From NCBI GenBank assembly GCA_030141605.1, contig JAQGDQ010000160.1, forward strand, positions 372,001 through 436,000: 64,000 nucleotides of DNA, given 5' to 3'. A program made the position numbers and the translations under genes. Shown here one piece after another: positions 29,301-44,700 of this stretch (position 1 is the stretch's first letter; every line of letters begins with the position of its first letter). This DNA is from Tubiluchus corallicola. Lineage: Eukaryota; Animalia; Priapulida. The notes under the pieces were generated by a model. The model was not told where the DNA came from. It was given only the letters and a program-made list of their open reading frames with translations, and did no database searches.

Positions 29301-32300
29301 TAGTATGTGACTGGTGTTGGTTTTCATTATATCACTGGAGTTCTTATTTGCAACCCATTTCGAACTTCGGCTTACAATTTCACGAAAAAACATTTCTACA
29401 AAATTACTTTTCATGATTGCTAATTCTTGCTTAATTTAAATAAAAATAAAATAAAATAAAAAAATAAATGACAAATCGATATACCATTTACATGTAATAA
29501 ATTTTTAGTGAAGAGACTTTGCAAGAGCTAAAACTGTATAATTGGCAGTCATGCTGCATATAAGTATACTGCAAAAATTAATACTTTGATCAGAAAGATT
29601 GCCATTTTTCGTTCCTGATGTTCCAGATATTAAATTATTTTTTTCGTTTTCTTTCTCTTTTTCCTTTTCCTTCTCTTTGGCTTCCTGTTCCATATTTAAT
29701 GACCTGAAAAACAACAAGCATTAAAAGTCAAACCGAATCTAACAAAGCAGAGAAAGAAGATAATTTTTGCTCCCACTGTTCATGTGTAAAGAAAGACAAC
29801 TTTTACGTAGAGGTACAGATTTAATTAATATAATGATGGCCTTGTCATGTAGTCAGTCACAAACTTTCTACTTCAAATGTCTGTAAGACAGTCATGCTTT
29901 TAAACGGTAATAACTTTCAACTTTTAACCAAATTAAGTGATAGCCAAAGCGTTAAGTAGATGTATTATTGCACATCATTATAACCTGGCATATTGTGAAA
30001 ATGTGAGTTTTAGTTGAATTTTTGCAAAAAGGGTAAAACACAAAAAACATACTGTCTACTTAACTTTACATAAAAGATGGCTTCTTTGTCACGTATCTTA
30101 TGCCCGCCCCTTTATTTTGCTCTTTTCAACCTGAATTCAATTCACTGCACTTTCTCCTATGTGCCATGTATTTTGCTCACTTCTCTCTTCTAATTTGCTC
30201 AAAGTAAACTAGTTGTTCAATTAAACGTTTTCTGTTTTACTGCAATAATTTGTGCAGTGATGAGGTTAATCAGTAATCGACGAGTGACTACCAAATACTT
30301 TTGGGTCACTTTCATAACTTTCATTTCTGCTTTGCAATGCTTTATTGATGTTCTCAGCTTCCCCTTCCAATTTAGTTGCTTCCACAAACATACATTTTCT
30401 TACAAATCTTCACGCGCGGTTGAACAGAATGCCTGAGAATAGCCAAAGAGCCAGGTATATTATAAGAGACTTGTTAATGTCAGAACCGTAAAGGCTTAAA
30501 GCTTAATTGCATTGGTGAATTTCGACTTTGAAATCAATACAGTGTTTTACTTAATTAACAGACAGAACAAATACTTTACCTAAAACTCCCATAGACAATG
30601 AGCATGATGGAAATGAAGAATGTGGAAACCCGGGAGGAGTCCATCAGGGAGTAGGCCCTATAAAAATTAAAAAGATAAAGCAAAAAATACATTTAAATAA
30701 CTTACTTACGCTGAAAGATTTCATTTACTGAAACAATTAAGTGTACCAACTGATAATGGTTCCTTTTTCTTGACAATAGATGTCTTCACGTTACCCACAA
30801 TATATTTAACTAGATTTTATGATTCGACCACATATATAGATTACCCAGGCATAAAATTTAAACCAAGAACAAAAAAGCTAAATACCCAAAGCAGGTGCAA
30901 TAGATACTTACAATCAAATCAGTGTCAGTTCACTTAAATCAAGTACTGTTTATTTTATTTTGTAGGCAAACACCGTATGAGATACAAAGAAAAAGTAAAA
31001 CAGCAGAAGTAAAAATGTAAAGTTTTTTATTGTCTGAGGGATGTCTGAAACTGTGGTATTTTCAACTTTCTTTGCAAAAAATTGTTGCCCAGCGGTTATG
31101 ACCGGCTTTGTTGAGTATTTATTACACAGGGGCTGGGTTCGTATTCTACATTTTTGCTTGGTTACTAGTTTGCATCAATGCTTTAGGCAATCTAAGGCCA
31201 CACTAAATCACAATTTCCATATATTTACAAGAAAGGCACAGCGGTATTAATTATATACTTCTACACAAAAATGAAATAAAATCTTTACTTTCGTTCAGGA
31301 ACGAAAAGCGGGAGATTGGAATGTGATGAGGCTTTGCTAAAAGGTTAATTCTTGTGACGAAAACGACTGTTTATATTACTAGCTTTAAATAGCAGAAAGT
31401 CACCGTTTTTTCTAATGATTCGGATTTGAACACTAAGGTGAGCCTGAAATCAAGATTATAAAAAAGTTTTTTAATAAACATCTATGCCCCATGGATTTAA
31501 ATATTTTGAAAGACCACACAGTGCCTAAGTAGTGCAACAAGTCTTTATATCAATAAGAACGTGCACACAGTCAATGTTACGTGAATTATACGTGGAAGAC
31601 AAGCACAGAATACAGAGACCAGATGGCACAGTTCTTAGCAGTTAACCAACATAATGTGAAGACGCATTAAAATTTTTCTAGGCATTAGAGATGTTATAAT
31701 TTAAATCATTTTCTTCTATGGCGAGTTTCCGTTAAGTGTTGATTTAATCCCAATATTCCACAATTTTAAGATAAAGATCAAATTCTTCACAATACAAATG
31801 TTACAGACTAACAGTTCTATAAAACTACATCCTTCTTTTTGGTCCTAACTCGTGCTCTAGTTGATGTTTATCTGTACAGATTCAAGATTCAATCTCAAAC
31901 ACATGTTAAACTAAATGTTAAAAGTACTTACGCAGTTAGACAAAAATAACAAATTTTGTACCACTTGCACGAGCATTGAAAACAGAATACGGGTGACATT
32001 ATTTTCTCAGTGAAGTCAAACTCATTTATTGATAATTTTTTATTTTTTGTTTTTACCAACATTCACTCAACTTCACCTTTCATAATTTTTCAGCTAAATG
32101 AATGAATTTTAGAACTAATAGCCACTATTCACTCCTATTAAATTTCGGTCCGTTTTGGTTAACTAACAAAGAGGACAACTAAAGAAGAATGGACTGAATG
32201 GAGCACACCCAAGACACTATAACATATCAAACTAAATCACCATGTAAGAATAAACTGTCAACGATATTTTCGTCGTGATCGCAAGGCTGGTAGGAAGCTG

Positions 32301-33210
32301 ACAACGCAAGATATTACTACTCTTTTACATGTTTATATACAAACAAAACAGTTACATCACAGGTCAGATAAGTAAATAAAAAGCAATCAGCGCAATAAAC
32401 GAATCAACTCACACTGACTAACAGGCATCTGATTTTTTTTTACTGAAATTATCAGATGATGTCCATTATTCACGAAAACTGTCTGTTATGACCCGATGTG
32501 TCTTACGGACATGCCAGCAGGAACGATCTAATATTGCTAAGACACTGGTGCCTGACCAGGTTTAGCAAATTAGTATGCAATGACCATGCTTTTAATGATA
32601 GCGATGATGTTGATGAATTGCTTTTATGTCTGTTTTGCAGCTAAAACAGCTAACTGATGCCACGATGCCAACTACTCACGCACTACCTAGGAATGATCGG
32701 TTTAGTTCGTGCAGTGAATTAAAGGTTACTGAATCTTACATAAAGCTTTAACACAAATTGAAAACCAATTAACAAGAAGGTAATCACGTAAAATTTTCTG
32801 ATTTTAACCTGCATGATGTTATTGTGTTACCAAGAGTTTACAGGTAAACTTGTGACCCTTAGCCAATTAGCCTAAAATATATTAATAAGCACAATAAACG
32901 CTTTGTAGTCCCGCACAATATTTTTGAATTCTCTAAATTCATTACTAAATTACGGTCTGAACACCGTAATCAAACTGTAAAGACGATAATATTTCTTTGA
33001 TAAATACTCGAATGGTTTCAAAGTGTTTTACACGGAAGAGTAATAAAAAATATACCTATATTGAGCTTCCATGCATATTGGTAACGTTAAGGTTTCATTA
33101 ACATGGAACTCACAGGATGGGCTCATTACTAATTCCATATCCGCGTAGATGGTTACATTATAAGCAATTCCCGACACAATGTTCTTCATCGTCATATTAT
33201 ACGCCGTCAT
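23340..33210 (-). CDS. SPPL3: Signal peptide peptidase-like 3 (GxGD intramembrane aspartyl protease)
   Basis: Exons 33210-33056 (inferred first), 30657-30580 ([25 protein letters not shown]), 29703-29585, 28993-28874, 28444-28366, 28152-28040 (duplicate at 27354-27242), 26507-26401 (LLIYDVFW), 25346-25275, 25046-24958, 24320-24124 ([11 protein letters not shown]), 23743-23634 (QPALLYLVP), 23411-23340 ([11 protein letters not shown]...*). YD, GLGD and QPALLY motifs are intact and phases are consistent. Confidence 0.96.
26791..28386. repeat. 798-bp tandem duplication inside SPPL3 (2 copies, no differences noticed)
   Basis: About 26791-27588 is repeated at about 27589-28386 (for example CAAGTAATCTGTC at 26803 and 27601). 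It contains the whole 113-nt [10 protein letters not shown]...HWLLMD exon. Confidence 0.95.
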
Positions 33211-35765
33211 TTTGGTGCAATTAGGAAAAACCTTCCCAGCCGATGATGCGACCGTGCAAACTACCTTTCTGCCTTTTCAATTTACACCATGAGCGCATTC
33301 ACAATCAACAAGATACCATAGGGTACTAGCAGTTACCGTATACTCAAGAAAAACAACTCAGTTATGTATTCCAACATTCATATGCACTGGTAATGTAAAT
33401 CTAATGCGTTAAAAATAAAAAAATGCAACTTATCACTGGCACGACCACAAATTTAACAATACTTTCTGTTCTGATGATATTTTGGTTGTCATTCACTGTT
33501 TACGTCGTAATTATTATGTAACTCACTGAATATTCACACAAGACACGATAAGAGGCACCTTGAAAAACTGAGATTAGATTAAATCGTGCGTAAAACCCGT
33601 CAAACTCAAGCCCTGCTTATGACAATGCCAATGACTGATTTTGGACCCCTTCCGTCAGCTTTCGCAAGGTCGAGAGTCTTGAGAGTAAGTGTTTAAACAG
33701 TATTTATAAGACAAAAACGTAACAAATTCACTTCGTCAATGTCAAATTATGATTTAATACACTGTGACGCATTACACACCAAGCACGTTACAGAAAAATT
33801 CCTATAATCTCTATAGGAGCTCAACTGTGATTTCACCGTTATACACCAGCAAGAGTCCAAAAGCGTGTTATATATGCCACTGATGTATGAAGATAGAAAA
33901 ATCGAAATTCAGTCTAACCGGTTTTCCACTGCCTCCTGCTCAACTCAAAGTCATACATCACGCAAGACGTGAACAAGCATCCTGTGGTCCTTGAGAAAAC
34001 CTCTGAACGCTCCGAGGGATGCAACTCGACGTCCTCGGTTTAATTAGATCAGTCAGCTTTTTCAACTTCTCTAAAACTCAGCTCCTCTTCGCGGAGATGC
34101 TTGCCCACAGGCACAAACTCACCAATGACAGTTTTCAGACAGTAATTAACTGCCAACTGTCGCTGTTCCAAATACTCTAATAACTTGTAGCTTTTTGACC
34201 CTTATCAAAACTGACTGTGTAGAAAAGCTGCTTCAACAAAGCATGCTATTCGCATCTGATAAATTTTGTCCTACATAACGCACGGCTTGCACTATTTTGC
34301 TCAAATCACCAATGGACAAATTGCAAAAAACTGAAGTAGCTTTTGATTGATATCACTCGCGTCAGTTTCACTGGCAGTTAGGTACTTTGATAAGTACTTT
34401 ATTCTGATTTATGGAACTGTACTTATGCCTCAACTAAAACGTCAAAAATCAGTCATTGCCAACTCATGCGATGGATCCCTCAGAAAATCTGGTCAATGGG
34501 TCAATTCCATTGGATATCACCAATGGCATCTAGCTTGAACTTGCACTGGATAATGATCAGCTAATGACTGTGTGCTATACACGTAAATAACACAACATCA
34601 TTAACTCATAGACTGATGCACAAATACAACACGGCTTATTGCTTTCAACTTATGACACGGAAACAATAAATTAAGCTTTAAGTAGAACAAAACTAATGCG
34701 AAACGCTGTAATTATTCCAATTATCTTGCAAAGTTGCCACAAAGTGAAATAAGATTGATGGAAATGTTGACGTATTGAAAGCAACAACTCAATTAAATAA
34801 TTCACAATCATTAAACCACGCAAAACAACATTTACAACAGTCACCTTTATTTTACCCTTGTATTAAACACATGCAACCCTTTCTACCAGTTCATAATGAC
34901 AGACACAGTACGGTGTTATGGTGCCTCTTATTTTTGATTTTTCAATACTTTCAAATGTAATTTTGCTACATATATATAATCTGCATATGTAGTGTAGATG
35001 AAGTAATGACAGAAGTCACAAAATTGCAAAATGCAACGAATTGTAATACCATTTCTACATAAGTTATAACGGTGATATTATAAATTTCCACCATTAACGA
35101 GATCATTTACATATTTTATATAATACACTGCCGCAATTTTAATTTATTTTGTAGATTTTGTGATAACAGGAACCTTCACAATAGTCCTAAGAAGCACCAT
35201 TTCAGCTTAGACTAAAGTTTCATGATTGCTGGCAGAAAACCTGCAGGGCAAAATGACCTATCTTCTCATGAATATTAAAATGAATGACATACCCACTGCC
35301 CCACTACTCTTAAAATGCCACAAAATTGTTCTATTTCCATACATAATTCCTGCAGACATAAAAATATTGATTACAATTTTCGCCTGCAGCAATGGGAGAT
35401 ACATGGCATTAAGTATAGATAATAACTCAGCAAAATTCACGTAGTTGTTTTGTTTTAATCGCACAAAGCTCACAGGCCCTTCTTATCTCATTAAATTTTT
35501 AATATTCAAATCAAGTAGTACGTGCGTGAACAATGAAGGGATTGGGAACTTCAAATGGAATGCGCTGCACTAACTAACATTTGCTGACGGGTGTCCCAAG
35601 AGGCTTCCACTTTGGTACAGCACCTTGTTTTATCATGAGGAACAAGAAGCGGGGTAGAATCACTGTGCAGGTTCTACTGAAAGCCAACATTGAATCCGAC
35701 TTTGAAAACAAGTTCCGAATAAACACAAAATTGTAATCGCGGCTGCGCATGTTGCTGATTTTACA

Positions 35766-35766
35766 G

Positions 35767-35798
<32 letters not shown>

Positions 35799-35799
35799 G
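35766..35799. repeat. (GTT)n microsatellite followed by degenerate triplet sequence to about 36110
   Basis: Directly visible repeat; it explains the poly-N ORF at 35574-35828. Confidence 0.9.
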
Positions 35800-38700
35800 C
35801 TGCCTCGGCTGCTCTGGTCGGTTGCCATTATCTTATTGCTATTACCACTGTCAACGAAATTACCGTAATTACTACTGTTAATGGTGTTACACTATTACTG
35901 TTGCAGTGTCAATTCTGCTACTGTTGCTGTTGTCATTGCTGCTGATCTTTTTCTGTTGTAGTCGTCTCAACTATGTTACTTCTACTGCTGTTATTGTCTT
36001 TAACGTTGCAGTTTTGTTCTTATTACTGAGAAGATTGTTGTAGTTGCAATTGTTGTTACTAATTTTATAACTAATGCAGTAACTGTTGTTGCAGCTGCTG
36101 CGGCTGTTTCCGCTGTTTATCCTGCGGGCGCACTTTTATCGAGACCGCTGTAATCGCTAATGTGAAATTCGAACGAAATTACTATGGACTAACAACGACT
36201 AAAACTAAAAAAGTTTACGACTTTTATCTGTCAAGTTGACATAATTTGCCATCAAAGAGTAACTTACTGCTCAAATGCTATTTTAAAATATACATGTGCG
36301 TATTTTAAACCTAAAGTGAAAGTTAATTGAACAATTATACAACTTGTGAAAAGCTGAATCTAGGTCACAGAATATAACAAAAGGCAAGAAATCAATAATT
36401 CAACAAAGAATCGTGGAAGACAGTCGATCATAGAAACGGTGTCAAATTTCTTAGTTCAATTTATAAACAAATCTGGAATTTGTAAACACAACATGATAAT
36501 CTCACCTCAAATATAACAAAAATGACGCCTTCAAACACAACAATTTGTGTCATGTTTATTTTGAGAAACTATCTTAACACTCATTATTTGATAAATAAAC
36601 ACGTTGAATAGCGATGTGACCAAGTGACTGTTCACACACTACACGATGACGGCAGCCTAACAAGGGCAATATGATTGTATAACTTATTAGATTTTATTAC
36701 CTTATTAAATAAAATTACGTATTTACAGTCTCGACAATTAATCGACAACAATCGATGGATTAAAAACTTCCAAAGTCAGCAGCATGCATTGTGCAACATT
36801 ACGAGATTGCTGTTACTGTCAAGCAAGGCTGACGTTACCGTTTTCACCATAGACAAACCGAAAATGACAAGTCATTTTTTGACAACATGTAATGATGCAG
36901 AATCAGGGCTCATCTAGTCAAAGTTCGTTCGACTTTGAAACTAACTGTGAACACATGTGGGCAGAAGTCAATCTGATTGTGAGCAAAAAATTAAGTACCA
37001 TGTACAATCGAGGATACACTGCCCCTCTGGGGAAATACAAAATCTGTTTACTGGTATTCATTGAGTTAGCCCGCTTGTTAATCCTTCATTTAGATCGGAA
37101 ATTAATTGTCAATGAACACTTTCAAGGACGTAGAAAATTAATGAAGAAACAGGAGAAACCGCAAAACCGATAATATCAATGAGCATTATCTCAATAAGAC
37201 CAAAGGAACCACCAAGGGCACATATCAAAACTGGTCTTTGGTGCAATTTTCCGCCGCTTAGAACGCTTTTGCTCACAGGCTTTTATAATCATAATAGTCG
37301 TAATAATTTTTTTATCAATGCGAAACATCTTTAGAGCCATTTATTATCAAAAGGGTTAGTAAACAACAGCAGCGAACTTCGTGTTTCTGTGGGCAGTTGG
37401 GTTGAGCTTCAGCGTCGGAGCGAAACATTTGTACTTGCTGCCATCTGTTGCGAAATATGCAAACAAATATTGACGTAGTAGTTCTAGTAGTTTAATTTTT
37501 CTTCAAAAGGTGGCGATACTCTACTGTTTAGTTCAGAGTACAATTATAGAGGGACTTCGGTCTAATTTACGACTTTATCAGCACTGAAAGCCTCAACTTT
37601 AACATGCACCATTACTTTGTAGCTGCTTAGAGTCTTAAACCAACGATCACCACCAACAGCTACTTGTCGTAAGATAAAACCTGAAGAATAAAAATGCTTG
37701 TAACATAATAAACCCTAAAAAATTAGGTTGAAATTTTTACTACGCAGTCAAAAGCAATGAAACACTGTTATGAAAACTGCTGAACAGTCACCCCCCCCCC
37801 ACTCCGCTACCCTCAGTCACGACTAGAGAACGGTGGAAGAGTACATTTAAATCAAAATTTAGTGAAGCTGAGAATGACGACGGATATCTAAAATTCTACA
37901 TTTCACAATTCCTCCTCTAAAATATTATTGCTGCTACATGAAATAATATTGCTGAGTATCACAGCCAACGATAAAATACATAATTGTTAAAGTGTAAAAA
38001 AAGGTTGGGAAAACTCGAACTTTGCAAACAATTTTTAGAATAAGCCCGAATTTTCAGAAAAATAAAACCGAAAGTTTGCTGTTATATTCTTTAAAAACCT
38101 TAACCTTACAAATTTTATTTGCTTGGGAAGTGTGAGTATATCAGAATTACATGCCAGACAATGACATTGTTATACATTTAGATCTAACTTAATGTCAAGC
38201 TGAAATGTCCAGCATTCTTTCACGTCAGAATAATGAATCCCCAGTAATCTATTAGAAAGGAAAACATAAAGCATGTACAAATATTCCTGAATCACAGAAG
38301 TGCAACGAAAACCGCTGAGGACTTGTTTAAAAACTTAAGTACGTTGTATGTGTAGTAAAGACTTGTCACTTATGACGGTGTTGAAAAATATTATGCACCT
38401 TGGCCATGGCCCACCTTTGATTTTGAAGCCGTAGCCTTCAGCCTGTCTAGCCTATAGGTAAATCTGGTCTTAAAGTTTTGGGTGTTTCACAAAAAACACA
38501 GAGTAATATAATTTAACATAATTTGTATAGAGCATAATATAAAATGCCATCGTATAGATTTCTTATGCAAATTATGCCATATACAAATTAGGTTTTATAT
38601 CAATTACTAAGTGTTTTGTAAAATTTAAATTGTAATTAGAACCAATTCCATTTTAAATTAATGTAAGATAATGATACTGAGAGCACTTCTGTGAAATGTT

Positions 38701-41700
38701 CGGAAATTTTAATAGATGAGTATATATATATATATATTATTTCTATTATATATATATATGTATTATATTAAACGCCAGAATCGTTTAAAACTTGTGACTG
38801 TCATTTAGAATCCTTATTCTTACTCTCGTAATATTGGCCATTAAAGGGAAAACTTTTTTGTGTTTTTAGATTTAAATTTTCTCTTAATTCACCCAGTTCT
38901 GACCAAATTAAAAAATAACAAAAAAAAAGAAATTATATTCACATAAGAATGTTATTACTACATTTTCTGCACATCGTAATGTAAACGAAAATTGAAATTT
39001 CAATTAGCTCCTGTGTCAAGTATAACAACAAATTCGAGATTTCATTCACTTTTCTCAGTGAGGAAGTTTGGTAGTTATGAAGAATACTTTCCTTAGATTG
39101 GGCCCTGCAGACAGCAGAGGTATGCTTATTGTTGCAATCCTGTATGAAATTATGGGTTACCTTGTGGTTACAGTGCACCAGGCATTTTTTACACTTCGAC
39201 AAAACTATTTTGTATTTCATTAAAATGGGTTTAATAGTATATTCAAATCGAAAATGTTTACGACATATTTATGATCAATTTGTCTTCTATCACTTAGACC
39301 AATATTACGGTTTGCCTAGGTGTAATGGGCGTGAACACATGCATTAAACTAATTTTACAAAGGCAGATTTCGCCAAACGCCCGCATGGGGTTTTGTTGAG
39401 CTCCATTCATTTCCCCTTTATTCTAAATGTCCAAAACAAGGTTACTCGTTTTCTACTCCGCGTTTTCTTCACGTGCACCGAATCTTAAAGGCTAACAATA
39501 GTTGAAAGTGAAATGACCAAGCTTACTAGGGCAGCGAAACCGGTATTAAACCACGCACACAATGAGCTAGTCACTAAACGCATCTACTTTCACAACGGCT
39601 TGTGTAATCTTGAACATGGCCTTACTGGCCCACATTTACATTTGTGGACCATAGTCCATATCTCTGGCTGTTAAAGATTTCGTCCACTAAATCCTAGTTT
39701 TTCATAAAAAAACTGCTGTAAGGCGCCCAGTAAAAAAAGTTACCATTACACGAAGCAAATAACCTTACAATAGCAGACACTGGAGCTTTATAAATTTTAT
39801 TTGATGGCATATCGCATAGTAAAAGGTACAACTGTCAATTTTTTGAAAAGAAACTTGAAGAAAAAGAATGTGAAAAATTCAGGGCTAGGCCTGGATTTCC
39901 AAATGTCTCTGGCCCAAAACCATGCTCAGTCACAAGTTTTCACTATTTCTTTCTTGGGGCTAAGCTGCCAAACTTGGTTTTAAAAAATTTACAATGTTTA
40001 CCATCTCATTAAAATACTAACAAGCGAAATGTAAAATACATATAAAAAACGATGCTCATCGCTTGTTTAAGAATAATTAAATCAGAAATTGTATTATAAC
40101 AGAAAATTGATATTGTATTATACTCAGAATGAGACTTAACAAGATGAGAATATAAATAGGTTCCTAGAGAAACAAAATTCGTGTATCTATTTTTTGCTAG
40201 TGATATGAGCTACATTGTATTTGTATATGTTTATCTTGATTTAGATAAGGTTCTAGTTTTTAGGGAAACATGTATTAATTTACTATATTAAATTTTAAAA
40301 TCGCTATTTGTACTACAAGAGTATTATCTAATACCATGCGAGAACGAAATGAAGAACAGCGAAAATACAATTGGTAATACAGGCAGCGAATGTGTTATTG
40401 ACAATACAGTAACAGTAAAAAAAGAAACTGTTAGCTGTCAGACATTAAGCTCATGAATAGTACTTACACCTATATTTACTATTAGACATGGACCGCCAAA
40501 ACCGTCAACATTTATGCCAATAAACGTAGGGTAACTAAGGTCTAATCCGAAAAACAGTAACAGATGCGTTAAAGTCTGTGTTAAACTGTCAATGAAACAG
40601 GTTGGGAATACAAACACAGGCGCAGCTTTCCCAAATTCCTGTGTGCAGGCCGAAAACTGAACAGGAAGCCAAACTAATTTACCACGCGTTGTGCGTGCAA
40701 AGATGCAACTTATACTTCAAACACAATAAATGCACGCAGAGAAATGGTCTCTCCAAATGGTGACGCATAACTCCTGCAAATTACATAACAGCCAGTAAGA
40801 AGCGACAGAAATGCCGGTTGAAAGCTCCAGCCAGATCATATTTGATTATTCACTTGTACTTATACACTAGTGATTTGCAAGGTAAACGTTCTTCCAAGTA
40901 GAGCACAGCACCAATAAAATACTGCAAGAAGAACGTGTAAAGCAATTTTTGCTAATCTTAATTCTTAATTTGCCAGCGGCGTAAAGCAAATAAAACACAT
41001 GCCCGTTGCATTTAACACGCTGAAGATTATCGTCCTTGTATTGCAAGTATTTCACAATTACGTACAAATATATAAAAGAAAGCGAATGCCGTAACACGTA
41101 CGCATTGATAAGTGGCATATGCACAAAATATCGCACGGAAATGGTCGCGGAAATCAGAAAAAGAATCGCGCCAGAAGTTTACTTGACAACTGACAAGGAG
41201 GAACTTGCAATAATTTTCATCTATTAATGGCAAATAGAAATTTAATACAATACAATACGATCAGTTTATTTACAAAATCACGCTTATAAATTAATTCGTT
41301 TTCGTTAAAAAACAGCAACGAAAGCTTTGTCAATGATATACTTATATAACTGTTAGAATTATTAACCTGACAAACTTGTCTGTAACACGGGGTTAAGGAG
41401 GCATCGTGGAAATAATGGAAGTTTGTAGTCATTCAGTGCAGGTCATGTCATAATGAGTAAATCATAACGTTAATGCAGTCTTGTATGAAGGTGTTAACAT
41501 GCTTATAACTTGGCACCAAACGTACGACACTGATCCAACGAAATATTTTACTTGAATGTTAGTTTTCTGTGCAAAAAGGCTTTGGCACCGATGAAGTTTT
41601 CCATGATCATCATTCGTCAGTAAAAGAAAACGATTACCGTGCCCATAATTATAGTCAATCAAAAAAAGAAACTGTATCTTGTACAGAGTATAAAGCTAAT

Positions 41701-44700
41701 AATTAATTTGAGACGTTTACGAACGCTTATTGTAACATATAATTTTCGCATATGTACATGTATTGTGCCATGTACGTTTATTGTACACGCGATGGCTGTA
41801 GGCTAATGAAATGGCAATACATATCAAGGGACAGGGCACCTTAAATTTTTCTGCAAATATACAACAGAGATTAGAATTTATAGTCCTTTTAGAGTCTTAT
41901 CAGTTTTAGATGTTAGATGTTTTAGAGTCTTAGATGTTTAGTTAGATCATTCTCGGGAACGGGCTACTGAGCTAGGTTCTGTCCCTCTACAACCATCGCC
42001 GGCCAAAAGAGATTACCGAGAATGCCTGCCGTTCGTAATTTCTTGTATGCAAAGGCATTTTTAATCCACGAAGAAACTTGCCCAAAAACATAGGAAGCTC
42101 GGGACTTTTGATCGCCAATTATTATACTACCTAATTTGCAAAAACTAAAACTAAGATACAAATAACCCAAATACATGTAGGTCTTAGACTTAGAGTGACA
42201 GGCTAGCGAAATAAAAAGACCAGTCTTGCCGAAAGACATCATTAGTCAAAAATAAAGGTAAGTCGTACAAGGTAACAGGTTAGTATGTTTTAGGCCCAAG
42301 GCCTCAAAAACTAAAGCCGTACTGTACAAACAGTACTATGTAAGTTGAAGTTACAGCTCATTAAATATGCAACTATTCATTAAAAGCAATAGTCCACCAG
42401 TTAAATTATGCAGCAAATGGAGTCAGAAAAGAAAATTACACCACACGACTACAACTATCCCAGACACGAAGTGCAATAGCAGAAAATAAATTATAAAAAT
42501 TTTATTACAAATTTTATACTTGTTAAAGGCCAAATTATCTATTGCAAAAAAGCAAGAAAAATTTAAAACAGATTACATACACGCACATGGAAATGCTCAA
42601 TTATCTTCCTTTTAAAACTGCAAACCACCTAATGCAATACAAATCCATCTCATATGTTATGGAAGTACTATCTAAGTTTTTAAAAATACAAGAACAGACT
42701 AGGTAAAAGTGCTATTTACTTTACACAAGTTAGAGACTTGTGATGACATGTATATAACATAACTCGAAATTTCTAATGTACATTTAACAGAAACCTCAAA
42801 TAACAAACTTGAGGCAATAATGCCAGAAAGCAAATAACGTGGTTACCAATGATGAGCTAGACAATACCCAGCTGTATGCCAAAGACCAAACTGCTGGAAA
42901 CGTACAGATATGAGGCCGATGTCTAAACCTCTGCAAAGAATTGGGGTTTAAATTTTAGATACGAGGCAAAGCTACTTTACTGCTATCGCCATGAAGCAGT
43001 GTGACACCCGACTCTGCTTTGCTGTGTAAATTCAAACTGGCAACTCTGGCATCAACTCGAGTTCATGCACCGGGTCAATTTAAGGGCTATGATTCCTATT
43101 AATTCATTCATTTCTGCTGTTTTCTAGACAAGTAGCACTGAAGCACATTAATTTTTTGAAATGATTTTCGCTCTATGAGCAAGCAGAAAAGGTTGAATGA
43201 GAATCAATATAAGATCTAAATAATGAACGTAGTTATATAATTACAGAATAGTATATTTATGTTTTTGACACTGCTGGAGGTATTCAGTTACAGGCAGCTT
43301 AGCTGCTAGAAATCAATGAAGACCGTGGGACCCTCTATAAACGTCGCTGAAAATAAGTTTTATTAATTAAGCCCTCCTCTCACCTTGGTGCTACTATTGT
43401 GCAAAGAAAATGCCGAGTGGTATCCACAACGCTATCTTCACTGCAACTCAGGTATACATTTTGTAACTGCAGAATGACTGGCACAAAACAAAACACCTGT
43501 GTAAAGCTAAAAATAAACTATACTACAGTAATAGTTTCAAAGTAGATGAACATATCCATGAAAGTGACTCAAGGCAAGACTAGCTTGTATCAACATCAAA
43601 CCATAACCGTTTGTTCCTTAACTCTCACTCTCAGGTTCACTAGACAGGAAAGATTCACGGTAAATCGAATTGGTGAGATAGCGGGGGTGTGGAGGTGACT
43701 ACCTCATCCGCCCACTGACTGTATTTAAGGCTCTTTATATCCACCACAGGTAATTAGGAAAACCGATGTCTCAAGTACTTTCTAGTACCACTGAAATCCC
43801 ACGTAACAGGAAATTAAGCTTTTACTAAAAAGAAGATAGATACATGCCACCCCTTCACGGCTAAATGAAAACGTTCACACAACAGCATGAAAACCAGTGT
43901 ATGACCTACGCTGCACCACTGGCCTAGTTACTCACCTGATCACAAATTTCCTTCAGTAAACTACAAAGACAATGCAACGAAAATAACACCATAGCCTGAA
44001 CTGCAAGCGTAACCATTTTTAATGAGCGCTACTTCAGATCCCATGGTGCTTACATGTGGACGAAGGCCTACGTTTACCTCGAAGTTTACTGAATGTAAGT
44101 TACTAAAATATCAAACACCTCTAAAGTAAATGATTGCCCGGTTTTAACGTACAAAAGTACTTAAGAACTTGTAATTAAATATGCAATTTATCAGAAAGAC
44201 CTTCGCAATTACAAAAAACGACCGCAGAGTTAACGGACATCAACTGCAAAATTAATAATTTATGAGTTCGTTGCATTTTGCCAAAGGCTAAACTTGTGTA
44301 AAATGTCTCCGCTATCAATGCGCATTTCAATAGCTGGTTATAATGTTATCACAAATACATCAGAATTGTTAATTAAACGTTTCTTGACAAGGCCACTAAG
44401 CATTCTGCGTGAAGACCTTGCCCGTGAAATATCACAATTGTTTAAAAACAATGAAATTACCACAGACATCTTCCTTGTTTTAAATGTTCACAGTTTTTTA
44501 TACCACTATTCGATTTTGAATAAGTCTTAGCTTATAGTCCAATGAATCTTAGTAGGACGTAATTTTTTGTTACTGCTTGTTGGCTTATTTTATAAGCTTA
44601 TGCAGCAAACAAAATCTCCATGCACTAATACTATCTGGCTATTGTTATTAGACACTTCTGCGATCAGCAACGTTTTCTATATTCTGTAACCCGGTGTACA

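Noticed and set aside
34123-34145. Alternative SPPL3 first exon reading SENCHW with a GTGAGT donor
   Set aside because: The phase fits, but there is no ATG and an in-frame stop lies just upstream.
36892-37000. Short ORF as a host gene (also 49282-49542)
   Set aside because: ETNCEHMWAEVNL and LLSVELK...SAYRTP look like LINE endonuclease scraps but are too short to call confidently.
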